DNA from: an uncultured Candidatus Saccharibacteria bacterium
GTDB lineage: Bacteria > Patescibacteriota > WWE3 > CAZQQZ01
Assembly (NCBI GenBank): GCA_964595755.1
Contig: CAZQQZ010000001.1
Span: forward strand, 22,228 to 86,227
Direction of reading: 5' to 3'
Length of the DNA: 64,000 nucleotides
Made by a program: the position numbers and the translations under genes
Notes under the pieces: generated by a model
Database searches by the model: none
The model's input: only the letters and a program-made list of their open reading frames with translations
What the model was told of the DNA's origin: nothing
Shown here: one piece after another, positions 8,820 to 17,907 of the stretch
Layout: every line of letters starts with the position of its first letter
Position numbering within the stretch: the stretch's first letter is position 1

Positions 8820-10892
8820 TCACCGAGCGCTAAACTCGATTTTATTTCCCTGAAGATTAACAACCACTTCCCCTCCATCTTTATACTCCCCATCAATAAT
8901 CATATCCGAAATTTGATTTTCGATTTCCCTTTGAATTAGCCTTCTTAAGGGTCTCGCGCCAAATTCTTCGGAGTAACCCTCTTTGGCCAAATAATCCCGC
9001 ACTTTTTCGGAGATATTGATTTTTATCCCCCGCTCGTTTAGTAATTTCTCTGTTTTTTGAATTTCAAAATCAACAATTTGGCGGATTTCTTTTTGGTTAA
9101 GTGACCGGAAAATGACAATCTCATCCACCCGGTTTAGAAATTCCGGTCTAAAGGCATGTTTAAGCGTTTCCGTAAGTTCCGCTTTTAGTTCCTCATACTT
9201 TTTGACCGCACTTCTTCCTTTTCCAGATACAAACCCCAGTTCCGGCTTATTTAACATTTCCGTCCCCAAGTTACTGGTCATAATAATAATTGTGTTTTTG
9301 AAATCAACTACTCGCCCTTGGGCATCTGACAACCTCCCATCTTCCATTATTTGAAGCAGCATATTAAAAACATCCGGATGGGCCTTTTCGATCTCGTCCA
9401 AAAGGATTACGGAAAATGGTTTTCTCCTTACGATTTCTGTCAATTGCCCACCCTCATCATATCCAATGTATCCCGGCGGCGCCCCCACCATCCGAGAAAC
9501 GGTGTGCTTTTCCATATACTCACTCATATCCAATCGAACAAGCATCTCCTCACTTCCGTACAAAACTTCCGCCAGGGCCTTAGAAAGCTCTGTTTTACCA
9601 ACTCCCGTCGGACCTAAAAAGATGAAGGAACCGATCGGTCGATTTGGATTTTTAAGGCCCGCCCTCGCTCGTCTGATCGCTTCGGAAACTGTTCTTACCG
9701 CCTCATCCTGACCAACGATTCTTTGATGGAGTAAATTTTCCAAGTTAAGAAGCTTCTCTCTCTCTCCAAGAGAAAGATCATCCAAGGGAATCCCGGTCGC
9801 TTTGGAAACAATCTTCGCGATATCTCTCCTTGTAACTTCCGGGACCCGCTCAAGCTTAGTTCTTGCCCAAAGATTTGTCAGTTCCTTTTCTATTCCCCTA
9901 AGCTCCTCAATTTTCGCGAACACTTTAGTGCGCTCCTCCGGGTCTCCTTGGGAAAGTTTCTTCTCGTTTTCTAAAATTTCTTCTCGAATGTCTTTGAGAT
10001 TTTGCGGCTCCTTAACTTGAGCTAAACGAACCTCCGCCCCTGCCTCATCGATCAAATCGATCGCTTTATCGGGAAGAAAACGGTCTGAAATATAACGATC
10101 CGAAAGCTTCGCCGCCGCAACCAGGGCCTCATCTGTTATTCTTACTTTATGATGTTTTTCATATCTTGAACGAAGCCCCTCAAGAATGGCGACCGTTTGA
10201 TCAATTGTCGGTTCACTGACAAGAATAGGCTGAAATCTTCTTTCCAAGGCGGCATCTTTCTCGATGTATCTTCGATATTCATCAATCGTCGTCGCCCCTA
10301 CCATCTGAAGTTCTCCTCGAGCAAGGGCTGGTTTTAGGATATTAGCCGCATCGATGGCTCCTTGAGCCGCCCCCGCTCCGACAACGGTGTGAAGCTCATC
10401 CACAAAAAGAATTATTTGCCCTTTGGCGTTTGTCACTTCTTCAATTACTTTTTTTAGCCTTTCTTCAAATTGACCTCGATGAACAGAGCCAGCAACAAGG
10501 GCGGAAATATCTAAATCCACCACTCTTTTCCCCTGAAGAATTTCTGGAACTTGGGCATCCACTATCCTCTGGGCCAATCCAGCGGCAATTGCCGTTTTCC
10601 CAACCCCCGGATCCCCAATTAAAACCGGGTTATTTTTTGTCCTTCGGCAAAGAATATGGACCAGTCGGTTTATCTCGTCATCTCGGCCAATTACCGGGTC
10701 TAGCTTTCCCTCACCCGCAAGTTTTGTAAGATCTCGACCAAAGTGATCTAAATGAGAAGTCTGACCAGCGCTTCTTCTAAGGTTCTCAAAACATTCCTCG
10801 CAAAGGTTAACGTAAACTCTCTGACCGTTGATAATTTCCGTTGTCGTTATGGAAGCGGGTCTTACCCCGCAGTTTTGGCATATTACAGACAT
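8820..10892 (-). CDS. ClpC/ClpE-type AAA+ chaperone with an N-terminal CxxC...CxxC zinc finger
   Basis: Two Walker A motifs ([16 protein letters not shown]), KDAALERRF, and N-terminal CQNC...CEEC in place of Clp-N repeats. Confidence 0.93.
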   Translation of the reverse strand: MSVICQNCGVRPASITTTEIINGQRVYVNLCEECFENLRRSAGQTSHLDHFGRDLTKLAGEGKLDPVIGRDDEINRLVHILCRRTKNNPVLIGDPGVGKTAIAAGLAQRIVDAQVPEILQGKRVVDLDISALVAGSVHRGQFEERLKKVIEEVTNAKGQIILFVDELHTVVGAGAAQGAIDAANILKPALARGELQMVGATTIDEYRRYIEKDAALERRFQPILVSEPTIDQTVAILEGLRSRYEKHHKVRITDEALVAAAKLSDRYISDRFLPDKAIDLIDEAGAEVRLAQVKEPQNLKDIREEILENEKKLSQGDPEERTKVFAKIEELRGIEKELTNLWARTKLERVPEVTRRDIAKIVSKATGIPLDDLSLGEREKLLNLENLLHQRIVGQDEAVRTVSEAIRRARAGLKNPNRPIGSFIFLGPTGVGKTELSKALAEVLYGSEEMLVRLDMSEYMEKHTVSRMVGAPPGYIGYDEGGQLTEIVRRKPFSVILLDEIEKAHPDVFNMLLQIMEDGRLSDAQGRVVDFKNTIIIMTSNLGTEMLNKPELGFVSGKGRSAVKKYEELKAELTETLKHAFRPEFLNRVDEIVIFRSLNQKEIRQIVDFEIQKTEKLLNERGIKINISEKVRDYLAKEGYSEEFGARPLRRLIQREIENQISDMIIDGEYKDGGEVVVNLQGNKIEFSAR

Positions 10893-10901
10893 AGTAAATA
10901 T

Positions 10902-11043
10902 AACTCAAAGCTAAAATCTCAAAGCTCAAAAACCTTAAAATACAAAAAGGGTATCCTATTATTGAGATTAAGAAAAAATAGAGTCTCACATTATCCGCTA
11001 CCCGGCTTCATGTTTTAGTTTTGATCTTTGCGTTTTGCGCTAT
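10902..11043. repeat. Inverted pair of degenerate heptamer arrays
   Basis: Left arm AACTCAA-AGCTAAA-ATCTCAA-AGCTCAA; right arm (reverse complement) AGCGCAA-AACGCAA-AGATCAA-AACTAAA. Confidence 0.6.
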
Positions 11044-11046
11044 TTT

Positions 11047-12861
11047 CTAATGTTGCCAAAGGTCAGCTACCTCTACCGCGCATTCTACCGGAACAGTTTT
11101 CAAAATCTGCTTCCCTGCCCGCTTCATCTCTTCTTCCACCGCCACCCGGGCCTTCTCCGCATCGGCTTCCGCCACCTCAAGCACAACTTCATCATGAACG
11201 GTAAGGATGAGATGCGCCTTTAAACCCTCCTTCTTAATTCTATCATAAATGTAAATAAGAGCGAATTTTGTCATATCGGCGCTACTCCCTTGAATGGGGG
11301 TATTTTTTCCCTGCCTCTCAATATGAGAAATAAGCCGATCATACATCGGGTCAGAGGGGTCTGGCACCCTAAACCATCTTTTTCTACCAACCAAAGTGAC
11401 GCTATACCCTTTTTTGACAGTTTCTTTGGCCACCGTATCTAGCCATTTTTTAACTTTTTTGAAGGTGTTGAAATACTTGTCCATCAAATTCCTTGCCTCG
11501 TCAACAGAAACTCCAAGCTGGTCAGCCAAGGAATTTGCTCCCCGACCATACATCAAACCAAAATTGATGGTTTTGGCCGCTTGTCTTTCGACCGTCTTTC
11601 GCACCTTTGTAATCGGAATTCCATACATAAGACTCGCCGTCATCGTGTGTAAATCCTGCCCCGAAAGATACGCTTTCATAAGCTCTGGATCCTGCGAATA
11701 CTCTCCCATCACCCGAAGTTCAATTTGGGAGTAATCCGCCGTCACCAACTTATTCCCAGGAAAAGCCATAAAACAACTGCGAAAAGTCGATTCTCTAGGA
11801 ATCTGCTGCAAGTTTGGATTTGAACAAGCAAACCGGCCCGAATCCGCTCCGATTTGAATAAAATCAGGATGAATTCTTCCCGTCACTTTATGAATTTTGG
11901 AAAGAAGATTTTCCCCGAAAGCGGAAATCATTTTTTGGTATCCTCGATATTCAAGTAACATTTTGGCAATTGGATGATTTAATTTACTTAAAATCTCTTC
12001 CCCCGTAGAAGGAGCGTCAAGTCCTAATTTATCGTTTAAAAGCTCTAATAGCTGAGGCTGACTATTAAGGTTTATAACGTCCACCTGCTCCCCAAATAAA
12101 TCAAACTGGGTATTTTTGTATAGGGGGCGAATTTCATCCTGAATTTTCTTGGCGAGTTCATTTCGCTTAATTTCCTGCTCCCGAAGATTTTCTCGCCATT
12201 TAGAAACATCAATATAAGCGCCGGTAATTTCCATGTCGGCTACAGGTTGGATAAGTCTAAACTCCAATTTTGCCGTCTCTAGGAGACCTTCCTTTTTAAT
12301 TTGGGCATATTGTTGGTCAAAAATTGGAAAAAGGATAAGAACGTCTCCTGCCGCGTATTTTAATTGTCTTTCAGTAGGGTTTCCCTTTTCTCCCAACTTG
12401 TCCCACTCATAAGATTCGTAATCTTTATCAAGAGTTATCCCTAAACGATTGTTGGCGATTGCAAGAAGAGAGCTGTTCCCCCGCTCCATCCCGGCGGTGA
12501 CGATGCGCTCTGCCAACATTGTGTCAAACATATTTTGGATCTCGATATCATATTTAACTTTTAAAACTTCATAATCAAATTTCGCATTTTGCAATATTTT
12601 TAAAATATTTTTGTTTTCTAATAAGCCTTTAAGTTTTTGGCAATCAACTTTGCGCGCATCGATCACATAGGCTTTATCGCGGGTTCCAATTTGAACAAAG
12701 AGAACACGAGTAAGGTAAGGATCAAGCCCAGTTCCTTCAGAGTCAACCGCCAGCATTTTTTCTTTCTCAACAATTTCCAAGACTTCAAGAAGCCTCTTTT
12801 CGGAATCAATATATTCAAAATTGGGATTGCTTAAATCGATCTTAAAATCAGTTTCTGCCAT
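11047..12861 (-). CDS. polA: Family A DNA polymerase (3'-5' exonuclease plus polymerase, no 5' nuclease domain)
   Basis: DSE ExoI, NAKFD ExoII, YAAGD ExoIII; DYSQIELR (motif A), KTINFGLMYG (B) and VHDE (C). Confidence 0.93.
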   Translation of the reverse strand: MAETDFKIDLSNPNFEYIDSEKRLLEVLEIVEKEKMLAVDSEGTGLDPYLTRVLFVQIGTRDKAYVIDARKVDCQKLKGLLENKNILKILQNAKFDYEVLKVKYDIEIQNMFDTMLAERIVTAGMERGNSSLLAIANNRLGITLDKDYESYEWDKLGEKGNPTERQLKYAAGDVLILFPIFDQQYAQIKKEGLLETAKLEFRLIQPVADMEITGAYIDVSKWRENLREQEIKRNELAKKIQDEIRPLYKNTQFDLFGEQVDVINLNSQPQLLELLNDKLGLDAPSTGEEILSKLNHPIAKMLLEYRGYQKMISAFGENLLSKIHKVTGRIHPDFIQIGADSGRFACSNPNLQQIPRESTFRSCFMAFPGNKLVTADYSQIELRVMGEYSQDPELMKAYLSGQDLHTMTASLMYGIPITKVRKTVERQAAKTINFGLMYGRGANSLADQLGVSVDEARNLMDKYFNTFKKVKKWLDTVAKETVKKGYSVTLVGRKRWFRVPDPSDPMYDRLISHIERQGKNTPIQGSSADMTKFALIYIYDRIKKEGLKAHLILTVHDEVVLEVAEADAEKARVAVEEEMKRAGKQILKTVPVECAVEVADLWQH

Positions 12862-12873
12862 ACAGCCAAAAGG

Positions 12874-14283
12874 TTAATCTATTTTCTTTTCCTTTACAAT
12901 ACCCACGAATCCAACCATCTCCCTCAAAACCCTATCTGCTTCTTGGGGATTGGCTTTGCCAGCCGAAAGTCTCATTACTTGCCCAACTAAAAATTTAAGG
13001 GAAGCTTCTTTGCCCTTCTTATAATCCTCCACTGCCTTTCCGTTTTCGGAAATTACTTTCTTGCAAATCTCTTTAAGTTCCGCCTCACTCATTGATGGCC
13101 TGCTCGCTTGAGCTTTAACTATCTCGACAATTTCTGCTGGCGTCATAACTCTCGTCTCCTTTTTGTTGACGAGAGTATCCGCGACTTTTTTGGCGTTATC
13201 TTTTCCAGAAAGCTTAACGGCTTGTTCGAAAAGATTCAAAAGCGTCACATCTTCAACAATAATTTCCGCCGAGGAAGTAGCGACCGTTGGGTACTCCTTT
13301 ATAAAATTATCCTTTTTCTCCCAGGGAAGCTCCGGAATTGAAGCCTTAATTTCTGCTAACCAAGAATCAGAAATTTCTATCGGAGGAATATCCGGCTCGG
13401 GAAAATACCGATAGTCCTTGGCAGTTTCTTTGACTCGTTGAGAAAAAGTTTCTCCCGTTTCTTCGTTGTAACCTCTTGTTTCCTGAATAACCTTTTCCCC
13501 TGCTTCCAATAATTCTTGTTGACGTTTGAGTTCGTATTCGATCACTTTTCCCAAAAATCTAAAAGAATTTATATTTTTAACTTCTACTTTGTAATCTGGC
13601 AAGTCTTTACTTCCCACTTCCCACTTCAATAATCCAGCTTCCGTCCTCCCATCTTCGACTTCCTTTAAAGATATATTCGCTTCCAGTCGCATATTTCCTT
13701 TTTCCATATCTGCCTCTGAAACGCCAATTTCCCGCACTAGTTGTTGTATTTTTTTACAAAAAGAAACCGCCTCCTCCGCCGAACGAAAATCTGGCTCGGT
13801 CACTAATTCTGCCAAAGGGATTCCCGATTTATTAAAATCAAGCAAAGTCGTTCCTCCGTCATGAAAAGATTTACCAGTATCTTCCTCCAAATGAATTTCC
13901 CTAATTCTGATATTCTTGCCACCCTCCAAGGTAAAATTTCCCCCTTTACAAAAGGGGAAATAAAACTGACTAATCTGATAACCCTTTGGTAAATCCGGGT
14001 AGAAATAGTTTTTGCGGTCAAAGTAAGACATCTTACTTATTTTCGATCCAAGCGACAAACCAATCTTAATCACTTTTTCGATCGCCTCCTTATTAGGAAC
14101 CGGAAGCGCTCCGGGAAGCCCCAAACAGGTTGGACAAACGTGGGTGTTTGGAGTTGCTGGCACACCCCCCGAAGCCTTGGCGAAGGGGGGCCAAATATCC
14201 GCTCCGCAAGCACAAAACATCTTTGTTTTTGTATTAAGTTGGATGTGAACCTCAAGCCCAATAACGGGAATGTATTTTGCCAT
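12874..14283 (-). CDS. gatB: Asp/Glu-tRNA amidotransferase subunit B
   Basis: IGLEVH, FDRKNYFYPDLPKGYQISQ and DYRYFPEPD. Confidence 0.97.
   Translation of the reverse strand: MAKYIPVIGLEVHIQLNTKTKMFCACGADIWPPFAKASGGVPATPNTHVCPTCLGLPGALPVPNKEAIEKVIKIGLSLGSKISKMSYFDRKNYFYPDLPKGYQISQFYFPFCKGGNFTLEGGKNIRIREIHLEEDTGKSFHDGGTTLLDFNKSGIPLAELVTEPDFRSAEEAVSFCKKIQQLVREIGVSEADMEKGNMRLEANISLKEVEDGRTEAGLLKWEVGSKDLPDYKVEVKNINSFRFLGKVIEYELKRQQELLEAGEKVIQETRGYNEETGETFSQRVKETAKDYRYFPEPDIPPIEISDSWLAEIKASIPELPWEKKDNFIKEYPTVATSSAEIIVEDVTLLNLFEQAVKLSGKDNAKKVADTLVNKKETRVMTPAEIVEIVKAQASRPSMSEAELKEICKKVISENGKAVEDYKKGKEASLKFLVGQVMRLSAGKANPQEADRVLREMVGFVGIVKEKKID
13608..13663 (-). repeat. In-frame degenerate heptamer array (8 x about GGAAGTG) inside gatB
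   Basis: GGAAGTC GAAGATG GGAGGAC GGAAGCT GGATTAT TGAAGTG GGAAGTG GGAAGTA. Confidence 0.65.
14165..14190. repeat. In-frame bulged palindrome inside gatB (encodes PPFAKASGG)
   Basis: CCCCCCGAAGCCTTGGCGAAGGGGGG; matches the intergenic copy at 7862-7887. Confidence 0.85.
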
Positions 14284-14288
14284 AGCGA

Positions 14289-14693
14289 TTAAACAGAAAT
14301 GCCAATATCAGATAAACCTTTTTTAAATTTAGAAATTGCCTCCTTCGTTACGAAATAAGGCGCCTCGTAACTATCTTCGTGCACAATTGCGTTTCTTATT
14401 TTATGCGCCTCCCAAACATCTTGATAATCTCGATAATCTCTAAATAAATTTTTGGCGTTTTTTAACCTTTCGCCCATCGTCTCCCCTTTAACCAAAGACT
14501 TTAAAGCCTTATCAAAAATCTTGTCTGCCTCAACCACCGCCTGCCGAAGGCTGCTCGGGGAAGAAATACTTAAATAATTTTCTACTCTTGCCCAAGCAAT
14601 TTTAATGCTTTCTTCTTCGGCGGAAGTTAAATTATGTTTTGTGATTGGGGAAAATAACCCCGGTCCAAATAATTTTTTTAAAAAGTTAAACAT
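14289..14693 (-). CDS. Hypothetical protein with an HEPN-like RxxxxH motif
   Basis: Starts at MFNFLKK 2 nt after the gatA stop; alpha-helical, with EAD...WEAHKIRNAIVHE. Confidence 0.7.
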   Translation of the reverse strand: MFNFLKKLFGPGLFSPITKHNLTSAEEESIKIAWARVENYLSISSPSSLRQAVVEADKIFDKALKSLVKGETMGERLKNAKNLFRDYRDYQDVWEAHKIRNAIVHEDSYEAPYFVTKEAISKFKKGLSDIGISV

Positions 14694-14695
14694 AA

Positions 14696-16042
14696 TTAGT
14701 GTGAAATTGCATTCTCTAAAGCGTAAGCTCCTCGTAAAATTAATTCTTCTGAAAACATCGGTCCAATCAGCTGAACCCCCACGGGAAGTCCTTCTGAAAG
14801 TCCGCATGGGATAGAAATACCCGGTAATCCGGCTAAGCTTGAAGCTTCAACCAGAACATCCTGAAGTTCGCCAAACATTGCCGAATCTTTTGAGGAACCA
14901 AGAGGCAAAGCCACACTAGGAGAAGTTGGCGCAATCAAAAGATCGACTTCTTTAAAAATTCTATTAAAATCGTTAACAATAAGGGTCCTCACTTTTTGAG
15001 CTTTTGTGTAATATTGATCATAATATCCAGCCGAGAGAGTATAAGTTCCAAGCAGTATTCTTCTTTTTGCCTCATCTCCGAAGAATGATCGGTCGTTGCC
15101 GAAGCGAATCCCATCATAACGAGCAAGGTTTGAGGAAACTTCCGAACGCTGAATAATCGTGTAAACGCCAATTGAATATTTTGGGGGAAGAATGGAAACC
15201 GGAACAATCTTTGCCCCTAACTTTTTAAAGAGTTCAATTGCCTCTTCTACTTTTTTTCGTACTCCCGCTTCAATCTCTATTTCAAAATATTCCTTGGGGA
15301 TGCCTATTTTTAAGTCCCTCACTCCATCTTTAAGAGTTTTCATTAAGGGAATAAATTCTCTGCTAGAAGTAGCATCAAGGGGATCAAACCCACTCATTGC
15401 CTGAAAAACCAAAGCGGCGTCCTCGACTGTTTTTGTAATCGGGCCAGGGGAATCGGTGGAAGAGCACATCGCAATAATTCCATAACGACTGACTCGCCCG
15501 TATGTTGGCTTAAGACCTACCACGCCACACCAACTTGCCGGTTGACGGATAGAGCCAGCCGTTTCACTTCCCAAAGCAAAAGTACACATATTGGTAGCAA
15601 CCGCCGCCGCCGAGCCCCCAGAGGAACCGCCGGCAGAGCGGGTTAAATCAAACGGGTTTTTTGTTGGCCCGAAATCAGAAGTTTCCGTGGATGATCCGTG
15701 CGCCCAAGCGTCCATGTTAGTCTTTCCGATTAAAGAGGCTCCTGCCGATTCAATTTTCTTAAAAGCAGTCGCGCTGTAGGGAGGCTTAAAGTCTGCAAGA
15801 ACTTTGGAAGATGCGGTTGTTAAAATCCCTTCTGTACAATAATTATCTTTAACCGCAAAAGGAATTCCGGAAAAAATTCCCTCTTTGGCCTTCTGATCCG
15901 GTGTTACAGTTAGAAAAGCGTTAATTTCGCCATTTTTCTCTTTAATGTTGTCAATGCAAGCGGAAAACAACTCGCCTTGGCTAAATTTTTTAGCCTTTAA
16001 TCCGGCAACCGCTTCAGTTAAAGTAATCTTCGCTAAATTCAT
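14696..16042 (-). CDS. gatA: Asp/Glu-tRNA amidotransferase subunit A
   Basis: Amidase signature GGSSGGSAAAVA, ETAGSIRQPA and SSNLARYDG. Confidence 0.97.
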   Translation of the reverse strand: MNLAKITLTEAVAGLKAKKFSQGELFSACIDNIKEKNGEINAFLTVTPDQKAKEGIFSGIPFAVKDNYCTEGILTTASSKVLADFKPPYSATAFKKIESAGASLIGKTNMDAWAHGSSTETSDFGPTKNPFDLTRSAGGSSGGSAAAVATNMCTFALGSETAGSIRQPASWCGVVGLKPTYGRVSRYGIIAMCSSTDSPGPITKTVEDAALVFQAMSGFDPLDATSSREFIPLMKTLKDGVRDLKIGIPKEYFEIEIEAGVRKKVEEAIELFKKLGAKIVPVSILPPKYSIGVYTIIQRSEVSSNLARYDGIRFGNDRSFFGDEAKRRILLGTYTLSAGYYDQYYTKAQKVRTLIVNDFNRIFKEVDLLIAPTSPSVALPLGSSKDSAMFGELQDVLVEASSLAGLPGISIPCGLSEGLPVGVQLIGPMFSEELILRGAYALENAISH

Positions 16043-16047
16043 ATAAA

Positions 16048-16341
16048 TCAAGCTTGTGAAAGAGCCAGTCTCGTTTCAAACATATTATTCTTCACCTTTC
16101 TCGCGTTAGCGAGAGCTTTCTCGAGGGATAAAGTTGCCATGGCTTTGGAATCGTCCCGAAAAACATTGGTCAGTCCGGTAACCTGGGAAGTAGCAGAAAA
16201 GGGACTAATATCAAGCCCGTCTAAAATGGAAACGTAATCAAGCGCTTCCGAAAGGCTCTCTTGAAGCTTTGCGAGCTCCTCATTTGAAAGAGACAAATTT
16301 GCTAATTTTCCAATATGGGTCGTTTCTTCTATAGAAATCAT
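16048..16341 (-). CDS. gatC: Asp/Glu-tRNA amidotransferase subunit C
   Basis: HIGKLANL...NVFRDD...LANA; lies upstream of gatA. Confidence 0.9.
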   Translation of the reverse strand: MISIEETTHIGKLANLSLSNEELAKLQESLSEALDYVSILDGLDISPFSATSQVTGLTNVFRDDSKAMATLSLEKALANARKVKNNMFETRLALSQA

Positions 16342-16345
16342 ATCT

Positions 16346-17236
16346 TTAGAGTTCCTTGAGCCTACTTATTCTATCAGCAATTGGCGGATGAGTCGAAAAA
16401 GCGGTGCTAACTGCCCTCGAAAGGTTGCCCTTAAACGGATTAACAATGTATAAGTGAGCAGTAGCTCTATTTGCTGCTTCCAATGGTTCTGGGTCAGCGG
16501 AAATCTTTTCCAGGGCGGAGATTAATCCGTTTGGCTGCTTTGTCAAAGAAACCGCAGAAGCGTCCGCAAGATACTCTCTTTGCCGAGAAAGCGCAAGTTG
16601 AATTAGCTTGGCAAAAATTGGGGCAAATATTGCCAATATAAGACCTAATATGACAAATATACCACTGCGGTCTCTACTTTTTGAACTGCGGCGCCCACCC
16701 CAAAACATCCGACGATTAAACAGATCTGCCAAAAGAACAACCATCCCGACCAAAACAGAAACTATCATCATTAAGCGAATATCGTAATTTCTAATATGAG
16801 AGAGTTCGTGAGCAACAACTGCCTCAAGTTCCGTTCTATCAAGTTTTCCTAAAAGACCAGTAGTAGTGCAAATTATCGCGTGATTTGGATCTCTGCCAGT
16901 TGCAAAGGCATTTGGGGCGGAATCGGGAATCACGTAGAGCTTCGGCATCGGCATCCCGGAACCAAGGGCAAGGTTTTCTGTAACAGTAAAGAAATTAAAA
17001 TCCCGATTTTTATCGGCCGGCCGGGCTCCGGAGAGAGCAAGTATTATCTTATCACCAAAAAAATAGCTCCCAAAAGAAGAAAATAATGAAAAAACAAAGG
17101 CGGGGATGATATAAGCAAAACCGGCATCTGATGCCTGTCCAAAGACACAAGCAACTGCCCCTATTAAAACAAAGAATATAGAAATAATCAGTAGGGTGTT
17201 TCTCTTATTTTGATCAATTTGTTCATAGAATGTCAT
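16346..17236 (-). CDS. htpX: Membrane zinc metalloprotease (M48)
   Basis: PNAFATG, HELSH, SRQREYLAD and STHPP. Confidence 0.93.
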   Translation of the reverse strand: MTFYEQIDQNKRNTLLIISIFFVLIGAVACVFGQASDAGFAYIIPAFVFSLFSSFGSYFFGDKIILALSGARPADKNRDFNFFTVTENLALGSGMPMPKLYVIPDSAPNAFATGRDPNHAIICTTTGLLGKLDRTELEAVVAHELSHIRNYDIRLMMIVSVLVGMVVLLADLFNRRMFWGGRRSSKSRDRSGIFVILGLILAIFAPIFAKLIQLALSRQREYLADASAVSLTKQPNGLISALEKISADPEPLEAANRATAHLYIVNPFKGNLSRAVSTAFSTHPPIADRISRLKEL

Positions 17237-17256
17237 ATATTTCTTACACCCAGAAA

Positions 17257-17281
17257 ACTCGGAAGGAAGATCCTTCCGAGT
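17257..17281. repeat. Perfect 10-bp-stem hairpin (REP-like) between lemA and htpX
   Basis: ACTCGGAAGG-AAGAT-CCTTCCGAGT. Confidence 0.55.
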
Positions 17282-17301
17282 GTCCTAAATGAAAGCGTAA
17301 G

Positions 17302-17895
17302 TCAAAGACTAACCCTCGGTGTCTTTGTTTCTTCGGAAGAGACCGTAACATGCTCACCCTCCATTGGGGTAGAAAGACCTTTCTCCGCCTTGAAACCAAA
17401 TAACGACGCGATCAGACTTGATGGAATCGTTACCAACATCGTGTTATATTGGGTAGTAAGCTCGATGAGAAGCCTCCTTGCGTACATTAGTTTATCAGAT
17501 GAGTCACGAAGATTAGCCATCAAATCCTGAACCACGGTTGAAGAAATAATTGCAGGATTACTCTCCATAAGAGCAAAGAAAGAACCGAAAAGCTTGCTAC
17601 TAACCTCCGCGGTTTTTGACATTTTGTCGACGTCTCCTGAAGAGGCCGCTTCCGAGATCGATTTTCTCGCGTTTGTTAAATCCTCAAAAATACCCTTCTC
17701 CTGCTTCATCATCCCCTTTGCCGCTTCTACCAAGTTCGGAATTAACTCCGCTTGCCTTTTAAGCTGATTACCAATCTCCTGAATCGATTGCACTATCCTC
17801 ACTTTAAGACCCTGAAGTTTGTTGTAGATAGATAGGGCGTACAAGACGAGCAAAACTAACGGTACTAATAAAAAATAGATCATATTATTTTTCAC
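17302..17895 (-). CDS. lemA: LemA family protein
   Basis: N-terminal TM helix, QLKRQAELIPNLV, ARR...YN...P..LIA.LFGF; paired with htpX. Confidence 0.9.
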   Translation of the reverse strand: MKNNMIYFLLVPLVLLVLYALSIYNKLQGLKVRIVQSIQEIGNQLKRQAELIPNLVEAAKGMMKQEKGIFEDLTNARKSISEAASSGDVDKMSKTAEVSSKLFGSFFALMESNPAIISSTVVQDLMANLRDSSDKLMYARRLLIELTTQYNTMLVTIPSSLIASLFGFKAEKGLSTPMEGEHVTVSSEETKTPRVSL

Positions 17896-17907
17896 CTCCT
17901 TAAATAA

